Assembly (NCBI GenBank): GCA_965223905.1 | Contig: CBDCXV010000011.1 | Coordinates: forward strand, 64,001 to 128,000 | Source: Candidatus Latescibacterota bacterium | GTDB lineage: Bacteria > Latescibacterota > UBA2968 > UBA8231 | Length of the DNA stretch: 64,000 nt | Reading direction: 5' to 3' | Part shown: piece after piece, positions 39,469 to 49,246 of the stretch | Position numbering within the stretch: the stretch's first letter is position 1 | Layout: each line of letters starts with the position of its first letter | The notes under the pieces: generated by a model | The model's database searches: none | What the model saw: the letters and a program-made list of their open reading frames with translations, nothing else | What the model was told of the DNA's origin: nothing | Made by a program: the position numbers and the translations under genes

Positions 39469-40455
39469 ATGGCGCAAACGGTTCGAGTCGCCGTCACCGG
39501 CGCAGCGGGACAAATTGGTTACGCCTTGCTACCCCGACTGGCCTCGGGCGAGATCTTCGGGCCGGATACCAAGGTCATCCTTCATCTGCTGGAAATTACA
39601 CCGGCCTTGCCCGCCCTCGAAGGTGTGGTGATGGAACTCGACGACTGCGCCTTTTCCCTTCTTGCCGACGTCGTCACTACCGACAGGGCCGAGATCGCAT
39701 TTGAAGGGGTCAACTGGGCCTTGCTTGTCGGGGCAAAACCTCGCGGCAAGGGGATGGAGCGGGGGGATCTCCTGCGGGAGAACGGTCCGATCTTCGTGGG
39801 CCAGGGACAGGCCTTGGCGAGGGCGACAGGGGATGTCCGAATTCTTGTGGTCGGCAATCCCGCCAACACCAACTGCCTGATTGCAATGAGCCACGGAGTC
39901 AAGGCCGGTATTCCCGCTGAGCGCTTTCACGCCATGACGCGGCTGGACCAGAACCGGGCCATGACCCAGCTCTCCAAGAAGGCGGGCGTCCCGGTGACTT
40001 CGGTATCCAACGTGACGATCTGGGGCAACCACAGTGCCACTCAGTATCCCGACGCGGAAAATGCCCGCATAGACGGCAAGCCTGCAACGGACGTCATCGA
40101 CAACGAGGACTGGATACAGGGGAAATTCATCGAGGTCGTCCAGCAGCGGGGTGCTGCCGTAATCAGCGCCCGCGGGCTGTCGTCCGCGGCATCGGCAGCC
40201 AACGCCGCCCTCGATCACGTGATCAGCCTGCAGTCTTCGACGCCGGAGGGGGACTGGTTTTCCGCGGCAGTGCCCTCGGACGGCAGTTACGGGATCGCCC
40301 CGGGAATCATCTTTTCCTACCCGGTCACGAGCAACGGCAACGGCAACTGCAGAGTCGTTCAGGACCTTCCACTGAGCGACTTCGCGCAGCAAAAGATCGA
40401 TGCCACGACCACCGAGCTGCGCGAGGAAAAATCGGTGGTCGAAGACCTGCTGTAG
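39469..40455 (+). CDS. mdh: malate dehydrogenase
   Basis: [43 protein letters not shown]. Confidence 0.96.
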   Translation: MAQTVRVAVTGAAGQIGYALLPRLASGEIFGPDTKVILHLLEITPALPALEGVVMELDDCAFSLLADVVTTDRAEIAFEGVNWALLVGAKPRGKGMERGDLLRENGPIFVGQGQALARATGDVRILVVGNPANTNCLIAMSHGVKAGIPAERFHAMTRLDQNRAMTQLSKKAGVPVTSVSNVTIWGNHSATQYPDAENARIDGKPATDVIDNEDWIQGKFIEVVQQRGAAVISARGLSSAASAANAALDHVISLQSSTPEGDWFSAAVPSDGSYGIAPGIIFSYPVTSNGNGNCRVVQDLPLSDFAQQKIDATTTELREEKSVVEDLL

Positions 40456-40456
40456 G

Positions 40457-41230
40457 ATCGGCCAGCTCATCGAAGAATACACCGGCCCACAGGCGCAGTA
40501 CTACGACCAGTACTTCACCGGGGTCGACGGCGACCTCGACTTTTATCTTCTCGCCGCCGAGCAGGCTGGTTCGCCCATCCTCGAGTTGGGGTGTGGCAGC
40601 GGGCGTATCCTGATACCGATAGCAGAAACCGGCAAGGCCGTAGTCGGCATAGAGCGCTCGGCTCAGATGCTCCGCCTGTTGCGGCCAAAGCTCGCTGGGC
40701 TCGAGTCCTCCCGCCGGGGAATCGCACATGCCATCCGCGGCGATATGCGCAACTTCCACCTTCGGGAGCGGTTCGCCCTGGTTCTCGCTCCGTACCGCGC
40801 TTTCCAACATCTCCTGACCGACGCAGATCAGCGCCGCTGTCTGCATCGAATCCGCGAGCATCTGAGCCCCGGTGGGGCGCTGGTATTCGACACCTTCGAT
40901 GCGTCATTGCTCGCCGAGCAACCTGAGCCGTCGCTCGACACCAGGTTTGAAGTTGCCCGCGGCCTCACCGTCGAAGTCCGCTACACACGCCATGTAGATG
41001 CAGATACCCGACTTCTGCGGCAACAGTTGATATTCGACGAGCGCGACGAAAACGGCCGGTTGCTGCGAAGCCGGACGACCGGGCTGTCGTTGCGCTGCTG
41101 TTCCAGAGCTCACACGGAAACAGTGTTGCGCACCAGCGGTTTCGAGGTGGCGGCGTTATACGGTGGCTTCCGCGGGGAGCCGGTCGTCCAGGGGGGAAAT
41201 CTGGTCTGGGTAGCTGTCAGGAAAGGATGA
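40457..41230 (+). CDS. class I SAM-dependent methyltransferase (start uncertain)
   Basis: ILELGCGSGRI, GDMRNF, HLSPGGAL; no canonical start right after the mdh stop. Confidence 0.85.
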   Translation: MGQLIEEYTGPQAQYYDQYFTGVDGDLDFYLLAAEQAGSPILELGCGSGRILIPIAETGKAVVGIERSAQMLRLLRPKLAGLESSRRGIAHAIRGDMRNFHLRERFALVLAPYRAFQHLLTDADQRRCLHRIREHLSPGGALVFDTFDASLLAEQPEPSLDTRFEVARGLTVEVRYTRHVDADTRLLRQQLIFDERDENGRLLRSRTTGLSLRCCSRAHTETVLRTSGFEVAALYGGFRGEPVVQGGNLVWVAVRKG

Positions 41231-42174
41231 AAATCTCAGCGGAAACAAAGGAGGAATTCATCGAAAATAGACCGGAGTCTGACAACTGGTCGGGGATTTT
41301 CACCATAATCATTACCCCATTTACGGATTCCCTGGAACTCGACGAAGAGGGACTGCGAAGGCAGGTAGAGCTCTGTGTCGAAGGAGGGGTTCGCGGCATC
41401 GTCGGGCCTGCGAATGCGAGCGAATTCACGACCCTGTCCGACGACGAGCGCAGGCACTGGCTGGAAATCGCCGCAAATGCCGCGCAGGAGCGGGTGCCGG
41501 TGATCGCCTCGATCACCTCCGGCCACGAACTTCCCGCTGCCGAGCTCGGCAGGTTCGCCGAAGGTCTGGGAGCGGCAGGAGTGATGTCGATGCCGCCCCT
41601 CGTGTTGCACCGCGAACCGGACGGATGTTTCCGGTATTACGAATATCTCTCCAGGCATCTGCGCGTACCGGTCATCGTACAGAATTTCAGCGCCCCGCTC
41701 GGGACCCCGATGAGCCCAGAACTGCTGGCGCGGATCTGCCGGGAGTTGGAGGGGGTCGACTATATCAAGGAAGAGGTGGCACCCGAACCCCAGCGGATCT
41801 CGGCGACGCTGTCAGCGACCGGCGCTGATTGCAGGGGCATTTTCGGCGGTCAGGGAGGCATCTTCCTCATAGATGAATACCTGCGCGGAGCGACCGGAAA
41901 CATGCCTGGATCTCACAATGCCGACTTGCTCGCTTCAATCTGGAACAAGCTGGAACGTGGTGCCGAGGAGGAGGCCCGTGCTCTTTTCGAACGGATTCTT
42001 CCCTTGATGAGCTACGAGAGATTGTACGGACTGGCCGTCTACAAGGAGGTTCTCGTGAGAAGGGGCCTCATTGCAACGGCAAAGAGAAGAGTGCCCGGCC
42101 CGGACCTGGATACGTTCGACCGCCGCGAGCTCGATCGCATTCTCGGAGATCTCGACTCGTTTCTGAATCTCTGA
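41227..42174 (+). CDS. dihydrodipicolinate synthase-family protein
   Basis: IITPF, ASEFTTLSDDER, YIKEE Schiff-base Lys. Confidence 0.85.
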   Translation: MKISAETKEEFIENRPESDNWSGIFTIIITPFTDSLELDEEGLRRQVELCVEGGVRGIVGPANASEFTTLSDDERRHWLEIAANAAQERVPVIASITSGHELPAAELGRFAEGLGAAGVMSMPPLVLHREPDGCFRYYEYLSRHLRVPVIVQNFSAPLGTPMSPELLARICRELEGVDYIKEEVAPEPQRISATLSATGADCRGIFGGQGGIFLIDEYLRGATGNMPGSHNADLLASIWNKLERGAEEEARALFERILPLMSYERLYGLAVYKEVLVRRGLIATAKRRVPGPDLDTFDRRELDRILGDLDSFLNL

Positions 42175-42217
42175 CCGCGCCTCACGATCAACCGGGGCGA
42201 AGCTTGGCGCACTCCTC

Positions 42218-43471
42218 TCATTCATCCCGCAAACCGCTCTGACCAGCGTGGTTGAGGGCCCGGGCGGAGACACCGAGGACCCCGAGAAATCCCTGGGAAT
42301 CGCGGTGGTCGAACTCACCGATCTCCTCCATCGAGGAGGTGTCGGCGTCGTACAGGCTGTGCGGCGCATCCGCGGCCGCCCGAAAGGACACGTTCCCCTT
42401 GTAGAGTGTCGAGGAAATGGTTCCGGTGGCCATGCGGCTCAGCTGTTTTATGAAAGCCCAGGAGGCCTGGGTCGCGGTGTCGAACCCGTATCCCTGATAG
42501 ATCTGTTCGGCGATGTGGGACGATATCTGATCGTACAATCGCCGGCAGCGGCGGTCGAGGATCAACTGCAGCAGGTACTCGTAACTGCGGCCCAGTAGCT
42601 CCATGCCGGGCGCCTCGTACACCCCCCGGGATTTGATGCCGACAAAGCGGTTCTCGACGGTGTGCAGTCCGATCCCCACGCCATGGCGGCCGGCGACCTG
42701 GTTGCAGCTCTCGATCGCTTCGACAGGGGTAACCTCGCGCTTTCCGAGTTTCACCGGCACCCCCTTTTCAAAGTGGATCTCGAAAGCTTCGGGCTGGTCC
42801 GGTGCATCCACGGGAAACCGTCCCATGCCCGGATCGATTCGGCAGGCCGGGGTGGCGAGGTCTTCGAGTTCACCCGCTTCGTGGGTCAATCCGAGCATGT
42901 TGGCGTCGGTCGAATAGGGGGAGCCGTGAGTCGCCCTGACCGGCAGGCCGTGATCACGGCAGTAGTCGATCATCTGCCGGCGACCCCCGAACTCCTGAAG
43001 GAAAGCAGGGTCGCGCCAGGGAGCGTACACGCCGATTGCGGGATCGAGCATCTGAGCCGCCAGTTCGAAGCGCACCTGATCGTTACCGCGACCGGTGCAG
43101 CCGTGGCCCAGAATCGAGACTCCACGCTGCCGCAGCACCGGGACCATTGCCGCGACAACCACGTGGCGGGCCATGGCGGTGGTGTTCCAGTACCCGCCTT
43201 CGTAGCGTGCCGATGCCTGAATCAGCTGCAATCCCGCGGTGGCGATTTCAGGCTTGAGATCATCGAGGATGGCCTCCTTTGCGCCGCATGCAAGCATGCG
43301 CTCGCGCACATCTTCGACTTCATCTTCATCCGGCTGTCCGAGGTCAGCGGTGTAGGCGATAACCTCGACTCCCTGCCGTGCGAGCCAATGGGTAATGGTG
43401 CAGCTGTCCAGTCCTCCGGAAACGGCCATGACCACGGTGCGGCCCCTGAGATCGCTCGCCCTGATTTCCAT
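42218..43471 (-). CDS. argG: argininosuccinate synthase
   Basis: SGGLDS, HGCTGRGNDQVRF, YSTDANMLG, VENRFVGIKSRGVYEAPG. Confidence 0.95.
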   Translation of the reverse strand: MEIRASDLRGRTVVMAVSGGLDSCTITHWLARQGVEVIAYTADLGQPDEDEVEDVRERMLACGAKEAILDDLKPEIATAGLQLIQASARYEGGYWNTTAMARHVVVAAMVPVLRQRGVSILGHGCTGRGNDQVRFELAAQMLDPAIGVYAPWRDPAFLQEFGGRRQMIDYCRDHGLPVRATHGSPYSTDANMLGLTHEAGELEDLATPACRIDPGMGRFPVDAPDQPEAFEIHFEKGVPVKLGKREVTPVEAIESCNQVAGRHGVGIGLHTVENRFVGIKSRGVYEAPGMELLGRSYEYLLQLILDRRCRRLYDQISSHIAEQIYQGYGFDTATQASWAFIKQLSRMATGTISSTLYKGNVSFRAAADAPHSLYDADTSSMEEIGEFDHRDSQGFLGVLGVSARALNHAGQSGLRDE

Positions 43472-43544
43472 GTGGTTTGAGTCTCCCTCTCGATGTGATG
43501 ACCGGAAGAGCCTGTTATTCGCCCACTCCGGGATAAGTGAAGTT

Positions 43545-43582
43545 AAGTAATAATTATTCCTCTGCAAGAATAATTATTACAG
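43545..43582. promoter_or_regulatory. tandem ARG-box-like operator upstream of argG
   Basis: Two 18-bp palindromes AAGTAATAATTATTCCTC and CAAGAATAATTATTACAG separated by 2 bp. Confidence 0.7.
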
Positions 43583-43809
43583 ATAAGATTCCTAAGTATG
43601 AAGCTACTACCACCCGAAAATCACTTGGTTGGGGGCTTTGCCCAAACCGGAACGGACACACGCCCCGAAGCCGTGCAAATCAGTGAAATCGGGCCTTGTC
43701 TTCCATCGGAAGGCAGACCCCTTCCCTTGACAAGGGGGGAGGCGAGTCCTAACCTACACGGCCTCGTCAGATTCTCTTCTTTCACTGTAACTCCCTCAGT
43801 TTCAACAAG

Positions 43810-44772
43810 ATGTCGATGGATTTCTGGACCGCTGCAGGGGTCATGGTGCTCTGTTTTGCCGTCCTGGGGAAGTGTGCCGACTGGATGGTCGAGGGAGCCG
43901 TGGATCTTGCCCGCCGCCTGCAGGTACCCGCAATACTTATCGGCATCGTCATCGTCAGTATCGGAACCACTGCCCCCGAGCTGGCGGTTTCGGTACAGGC
44001 CGCTGCTTCAGGTAAGTCGGAACTGGCTCTGGGGAATGCCGTCGGTTCGGTCATCTACGACGACGTCCTCGCGCTTCCCCTGGTGGCGCTGCTTTCGCCG
44101 GTAGTGGTCCTGATCGACAAGGCGGTATTCAGGGCCGCGGCGGTTTTCCTGATCTGCGTCGATGTGGTTGCCTACGCCCTTTGCTTCGACGGCACTTTGT
44201 CGCGTTGGGAAGGGCTTCTCCTCGTGGCCGGTTTCTGCGGTTACCTGGTTTTCACTTACGTCCAGCGACGGCTCAATCCCAGCCAGGATGACGTGCCTGA
44301 AGGTGTACCGGAACGCTCGTTGTTGCGGATACTGCTGCTGTTTGCCGTCGGGTTGGGGGGGGTCGTCGTCAGCAGCGAGTACATCGTCGAATCAGCGGAG
44401 GTGGTCGCTCTCGGCCTAGGAGTCTCCGAGACCGTCGTCGCCCTCGGCCTGATCGCCCTGGGAACTTCGGTCCCGGAAATCGCCACCTGTGTCGCCTCGG
44501 CCCTAAAAAAACAGGGGAGCGTCGCGGTCGGGAATATCCTCGGGGCGGATATCCTCAACATCTGCTGGATAGCAGGGGCCTCGGCTACCGTCAACGACCT
44601 GAAGGTGGAGAAAGAAGTCATCCACTTCATGTTCCCCGCCATGCTCGTCGTGGTCTTTACTATGTTGGGGCTGATGCGGATCGGATACCGTTTCGACAGG
44701 TGGAAAGGCGTCGTCCTGCTCGGACTGTTTGTGGTGTATGTCCTGCTCCTCGTCCTGAAAAGCCCCGCATAG
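43810..44772 (+). CDS. Ca2+/Na+ antiporter (YrbG-like, CaCA family)
   Basis: GTTAPEL / GTSVPEI alpha repeats, GNAVGS / GNILGA. Confidence 0.9.
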   Translation: MSMDFWTAAGVMVLCFAVLGKCADWMVEGAVDLARRLQVPAILIGIVIVSIGTTAPELAVSVQAAASGKSELALGNAVGSVIYDDVLALPLVALLSPVVVLIDKAVFRAAAVFLICVDVVAYALCFDGTLSRWEGLLLVAGFCGYLVFTYVQRRLNPSQDDVPEGVPERSLLRILLLFAVGLGGVVVSSEYIVESAEVVALGLGVSETVVALGLIALGTSVPEIATCVASALKKQGSVAVGNILGADILNICWIAGASATVNDLKVEKEVIHFMFPAMLVVVFTMLGLMRIGYRFDRWKGVVLLGLFVVYVLLLVLKSPA

Positions 44773-44790
44773 GAAAGAAGGGAACATTCG

Positions 44791-45561
44791 ATGGACCTTG
44801 AACTGAAAGGCAAGGTCGCTCTGGTCACCGGCGCCAGCCGTGGCATCGGCCTCGGAATCTCACGCTGTCTGGCCGCTGAGGGAGCCGATCTGTTTATCTG
44901 CGCCCGAACCTCGGAACCGCTGCATGCCGCCGCGGCGAAGCTTTCCGAGGCCGGGGTCGAGGTCGGCTCCGAAGTCGCCGACGTAACCACCCCGGATGAG
45001 GCAGAACGCGTGGTCGCGGCGGCCAGCGACCGGTATGGGGGGTTCGATATCCTCGTCAACAACGTCGGTGGTTCGGTATGGACACCGTTCGCCGACATCA
45101 CGGACGACGAGTGGGACCGGGTATTCTCCCTGAGTTTCTTCTCGGCCGTACGTTTGTCGAGAGCGGCAGTACCGGTCATGGAGAAACGCCGCGGCGGCAG
45201 TATCATCAACATCTCCTCGATTTTCGGTCGAGAGACGGGCGGTCCGGTCTCCTACAACGCCGCCAAGGCGGCGATGATCAGCATGACTGCCAATTTTGCA
45301 AGGGAAGCGGCTGAGAAGGGGATCCGCGTCAATTCCGTTGCCCCGGGGTCCATTGTCTTCCCGGGCGGAAGCTGGGAACGCCGCCAGGAGGAGAACCCCG
45401 AAGGGATCGCCAAATTCGTGGAAGACAATATCCCTTCGGGCAGGTTCGGCACCCCCGAAGAGGTGGCCGCAGTGGTCGCCTTCCTCGCTTCCCCCCGAGC
45501 CAGCTGGGTGACAGGAGCGTGCATCAATGTCGACGGGGGACAGTCGAGGTCGAACATCTGA
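44791..45561 (+). CDS. SDR-family oxidoreductase
   Basis: TGASRGIG, LVNNVG, YNAAK, VDGG. Confidence 0.92.
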   Translation: MDLELKGKVALVTGASRGIGLGISRCLAAEGADLFICARTSEPLHAAAAKLSEAGVEVGSEVADVTTPDEAERVVAAASDRYGGFDILVNNVGGSVWTPFADITDDEWDRVFSLSFFSAVRLSRAAVPVMEKRRGGSIINISSIFGRETGGPVSYNAAKAAMISMTANFAREAAEKGIRVNSVAPGSIVFPGGSWERRQEENPEGIAKFVEDNIPSGRFGTPEEVAAVVAFLASPRASWVTGACINVDGGQSRSNI

Positions 45562-45848
45562 CCTCCCCCACCCACCGGCCTTCGGGAGCCGGCTCGGACT
45601 TCCTCGAATCGAAAACGAATTCCAGGCCTCTGTCGCTGCATGGAGTCGACCTGAACATTGGCTTGGTTCCGCCCAGGAAGCATGGAATCCCTGACACCGG
45701 GAAGAAGCCCCGCGGAACGGCAGATTTTGCCGAGCTATCCGGAGGGAATGATTCATGCGATTCCCCTTACCGGTTTTTTTGCCACAACCGTTTCTCTGAT
45801 ACCAGCTTTACCAGATCAAAAAACACCGGGTAGCCGGGGAAATGACCG

Positions 45849-47120
45849 ATGCGGAAGCTGCTGACGGGGGGGTGGTCGGTTGCAATTTTTTTCGTCGCCG
45901 TCGTCATCGACCCGAGTTCGGGCGCCGAGGGTCGCCATCGGACCGATTGGGTTGACGGCGAGAGCCTGTCGCTGCGACGGCATTACAACGCTGTGGCGGC
46001 GGCCGTCGACACGATCATGCGGCAGCTCGGTCGCGACCGTGTCGATGAGCTCACCAACGAATCCGCCCCCAGGAACCTGCTGCCGGACGACGCACAACTC
46101 GTACTGTTGTTCTGGGCGGATGACGAAGCGGAGTTGTTCCTCAACGGCACCCCGGTCAGCGCTACCCGGTTGATCCCGACCCGAGTCGAGATTCCCGAGT
46201 TCTATCTGCGAAAAAACAACCTCTTTCAGGCCCACTGCTGGGACACGGACCGGGTGGAGAGCGGTTTCATGGCAGGTCTCTACGTCGAGTGGAGCGACGG
46301 GGGCCTGAGTCCGGTGGTGACGACTCGTGAAGGGAGTTGGAAGCGGGGGAAGGGGGCGCGCGGTAACCAGATGGCCGAGGAAATTTTCTACACCCACGCA
46401 CAACCGGATATCCCGGAAGCAAAGGTCGTCTGGGGGGAGAAGCTTTTCGGGGAGATCTGGCTGAGTGCACGCTTCTCTGCCGAGGATGTTCGCGCAGCCG
46501 GACGCCGCGGGGCGGCAGTTCCTGGCCTGCCCCCCACCTGGGGAAAAGAACAGCCGATGGATTTCCACGTCGCGATCAGCCGCTTGGTTCACCTCCAGCA
46601 GGAGCGCCGCCGGTTGGCACAAGCCCTGGAGCAGAGGCACACCTGGGTGGAGCCGTACTTGCGGTTCAGGGGCTCCCATCGTTCGCCGATTGCCTTCAGC
46701 CTCGGCAGAAGCGAACCCCTTTCCGAGGAGCCCGAAAACGTGGTCGCATCAGCCCGCCTGGAAAAATGGGTGATGCAGTTGCCCCAGAACGACCGCGAAC
46801 TGGTGCTGCGGCCTGCGCGCCAGTTGAAGGGGGTGTCCGCGGCCACCCCCCAGGAGTTTGCCCTCCGGTCTGGAAAGGGGGGGAAAGACCGCCGTCTCGA
46901 CTATCAGCCTCCCCGCGACCTCGGACCGCAGGGTAGTCGTCCGGTCGCCATGCCCCCAGCAGAGGGAGCACTCGGGATTGGGAGAGAAGAACCCGACGCC
47001 CGGTTGTGGCTGGTGTTCAGTATGCTGGCTGTCTACACCGGGGCAGCCTCCCATCGGTGGTGGAAGCTGTTCCGCGCGGAATCGAGTTCGAAGGAAGCTG
47101 GGGTTTGGAATAGCTCGTGA
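45849..47120 (+). CDS. hypothetical exported protein with C-terminal membrane anchor
   Basis: N-terminal hydrophobic stretch, WADDEAELFLNG beta-sandwich-like motif, C-terminal TM plus basic residues; coupled to the next gene. Confidence 0.7.
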   Translation: MRKLLTGGWSVAIFFVAVVIDPSSGAEGRHRTDWVDGESLSLRRHYNAVAAAVDTIMRQLGRDRVDELTNESAPRNLLPDDAQLVLLFWADDEAELFLNGTPVSATRLIPTRVEIPEFYLRKNNLFQAHCWDTDRVESGFMAGLYVEWSDGGLSPVVTTREGSWKRGKGARGNQMAEEIFYTHAQPDIPEAKVVWGEKLFGEIWLSARFSAEDVRAAGRRGAAVPGLPPTWGKEQPMDFHVAISRLVHLQQERRRLAQALEQRHTWVEPYLRFRGSHRSPIAFSLGRSEPLSEEPENVVASARLEKWVMQLPQNDRELVLRPARQLKGVSAATPQEFALRSGKGGKDRRLDYQPPRDLGPQGSRPVAMPPAEGALGIGREEPDARLWLVFSMLAVYTGAASHRWWKLFRAESSSKEAGVWNSS

Positions 47121-47890
47121 ACTGGCTTTCCTACGTCGTCGCCGTCCTGTTCCTTTTGGCCTGTGGGGCCAGTGGCAGCCTCGTGTTGCTGCTCCGAGCC
47201 CGCGGTCTTTCTCGACGCGAGCGGGAGTACGGAATCGTCACCCCCCGGCTGCGAGAAATTGCCAGCGTTCTGGGGGCCCTTGCCGGACTGACAATCGGCA
47301 CCATTGTCCTCTACTTCGCCTCCCAGACGGCCCGCTTCAACCTCATCGAGTGGGTGGGGCGAGGATCGTATTTACTGGTAGCCGGCGCGGCCTCCGGCCA
47401 TCTGCTTGTTCTTATACGCACCGCCTTGCACTTGCAGTCCGAAGAGGCTGCCTGGGCCTCCAGAGGAAGCCCTCCTCGGGGAACCCTGACCTTCCAGCGC
47501 CTGCATGCCCTGTCGAAATTCCGTAGTGGCCACCAGCATTACGCCGACATCAAGATGCGGGATGACGGGGCGCTCGAAGAGCTTGTTGGGGTGCTGGGAA
47601 CGCCGCTGTTGAATGTCCGCAACGATCTATCGCGGATTCCCTTCTATGGCTACCTCGGAACCGTGTGCGGTATTCTGCTGATGGCGCAGCAACTGGGTTT
47701 CATCAACGAGGCGACGGAAACCTTCAAGGTGCTGAGCTCCATGGCGAGCGGCCTCGTCCTCGCTTTCCAGACTACATTGGTAGCACTGCTCGCTTTTCTG
47801 CCGCTTCGCAAAGCCACCGACTACCTGATTCGGCGGCTGGGCAGACTCGAGGAGATGTGGCTCCAGGCTCGCGAAGGAGCGCAGACGTGA
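47117..47890 (+). CDS. divergent MotA/TolQ/ExbB proton-channel family protein
   Basis: IPFYGYLGTVCGI and GLVLAFQTTLVAL resemble the last two ExbB/TolQ TM helices. Confidence 0.7.
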   Translation: MNWLSYVVAVLFLLACGASGSLVLLLRARGLSRREREYGIVTPRLREIASVLGALAGLTIGTIVLYFASQTARFNLIEWVGRGSYLLVAGAASGHLLVLIRTALHLQSEEAAWASRGSPPRGTLTFQRLHALSKFRSGHQHYADIKMRDDGALEELVGVLGTPLLNVRNDLSRIPFYGYLGTVCGILLMAQQLGFINEATETFKVLSSMASGLVLAFQTTLVALLAFLPLRKATDYLIRRLGRLEEMWLQAREGAQT

Positions 47891-48306
47891 GCCGCTTCTT
47901 GCGCAAGGTCGACGCCGATGTAGTAGAACACGACATCAGCAAAGAGCTGTTTCTCGGCATCATGATGCTGACACTCTGCCTCGGCATCATGATTCTCAAC
48001 GTATCCAAGCCGGTTTGGCGGGTTCACAAACAGGATCCGCGGACGGGGGACGTGGTCGTCGTCTACGGCGACCGCGAGTTCGGGCTGTCGTCGGACGGAA
48101 CGAAGATTCTGCGGGGCATGAGCGAATCGGACTTCCGCCGCCAGGTTGCGTCCCTGATCAGCGAACCGGAAACGGACCTTCACCTGTTTCGACGAGGCGG
48201 GAGCCGCGAGCGGATCGTGCGCCATGCCGCGTACGCCGATTCCCTGCTATCAACGGACCAATCGGGAAGGAAGGTTAGAACAGCCGTTTTCGTCCACGGC
48301 TGGTAG
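47887..48306 (+). CDS. single-TM protein, putative ExbD/MotB-like partner
   Basis: GTGA overlap with the ExbB-like gene; N-terminal TM preceded by acidic residues (HDISKELFLGIMML); small alpha/beta domain. Confidence 0.6.
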   Translation: MSRFLRKVDADVVEHDISKELFLGIMMLTLCLGIMILNVSKPVWRVHKQDPRTGDVVVVYGDREFGLSSDGTKILRGMSESDFRRQVASLISEPETDLHLFRRGGSRERIVRHAAYADSLLSTDQSGRKVRTAVFVHGW

Positions 48307-48380
48307 AGGGAAACAGTCCCGCCGCCGATGGGACTCAGCGCCGACGGGACTGAATGTGGAGCGGGGATTCTACGGCTCGT

Positions 48381-49217
48381 TTACTCTTTCATTATGGCGA
48401 GCACATCGACGCCGCCGAGCATCTCGTTGGAGAAAGTCAGGATCGCCATTCCCTCGCTCCGGTCCAACTTGTAATCATCCCCTTTCTTGAGCGATCCGTA
48501 ACGATCCACGAGGGCTTTTAACTCCCCTTCGAGCATCAGAGTCTCTCCGACTTTGACCAGCTTTACGGCGGGGTCGTTAGGCTCCGGTTTCTTCGTCATC
48601 TTGAACGACTTGCGGAAACCCCGGCGGAACGCCCGTGACGACTTCAGGTATCCGTTCTCTCTCAGGAACGGTTCTGTTGCGGCATAGACGCGCACCGAAG
48701 TTTGCGCCTGCAGCAAGGCCACAGCGTCCTCTTGGGCACCGACGAGATCGACCTCCATGCGCCGGATTTGATCCTCCTGCCGCCGGATGCTGGTATGGGC
48801 ATCGAGCAATGTCGCGTTCAGGCTTTCCGCCTGCCGTCGCAGCTTTGCGATGGTCTGTCTATCCGCCTGTTTTTCGCGCTTGAGATTCTGGATTTCAGCG
48901 GTGAGCTGCTCGTTCTTGCGCTTGTGATCGCGGGCGAGATCCCGCCATTTCTTGACCGCCTTGTTGAGGCGCTGAACCGACTGCAGCAGCTTGGTGTCAA
49001 CCCGCTGCAGGCTGTCGACGCGGGATCTCATATCGTCGATTAGCATATTGGACGACTCGACCGTGTAGTTCAGGCTGTCGATGGTCGTGTTGGCTTTGGT
49101 CAAATCCTCCTGCAGCTCGGCAATCAGGATCTCCTCCTCGGAAGGTCCGCAGGACAACGTCAACAAAACCGCACATGCAAAGGCGACGGCAACACCGCTT
49201 CTCCAGAAAACACGCAT
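48381..49217 (-). CDS. coiled-coil lipoprotein, hypothetical
   Basis: Lipobox LTLSC; long heptad-repeat region. Confidence 0.75.
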   Translation of the reverse strand: MRVFWRSGVAVAFACAVLLTLSCGPSEEEILIAELQEDLTKANTTIDSLNYTVESSNMLIDDMRSRVDSLQRVDTKLLQSVQRLNKAVKKWRDLARDHKRKNEQLTAEIQNLKREKQADRQTIAKLRRQAESLNATLLDAHTSIRRQEDQIRRMEVDLVGAQEDAVALLQAQTSVRVYAATEPFLRENGYLKSSRAFRRGFRKSFKMTKKPEPNDPAVKLVKVGETLMLEGELKALVDRYGSLKKGDDYKLDRSEGMAILTFSNEMLGGVDVLAIMKE

Positions 49218-49246
49218 GTGTTTCTCCAAGCAATAAGGGACCGGGG

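Noticed and set aside
45849-48306. Zorya defence system
   Set aside because: No long ZorA tail, no OmpA-domain ZorB, no ZorC/D/E
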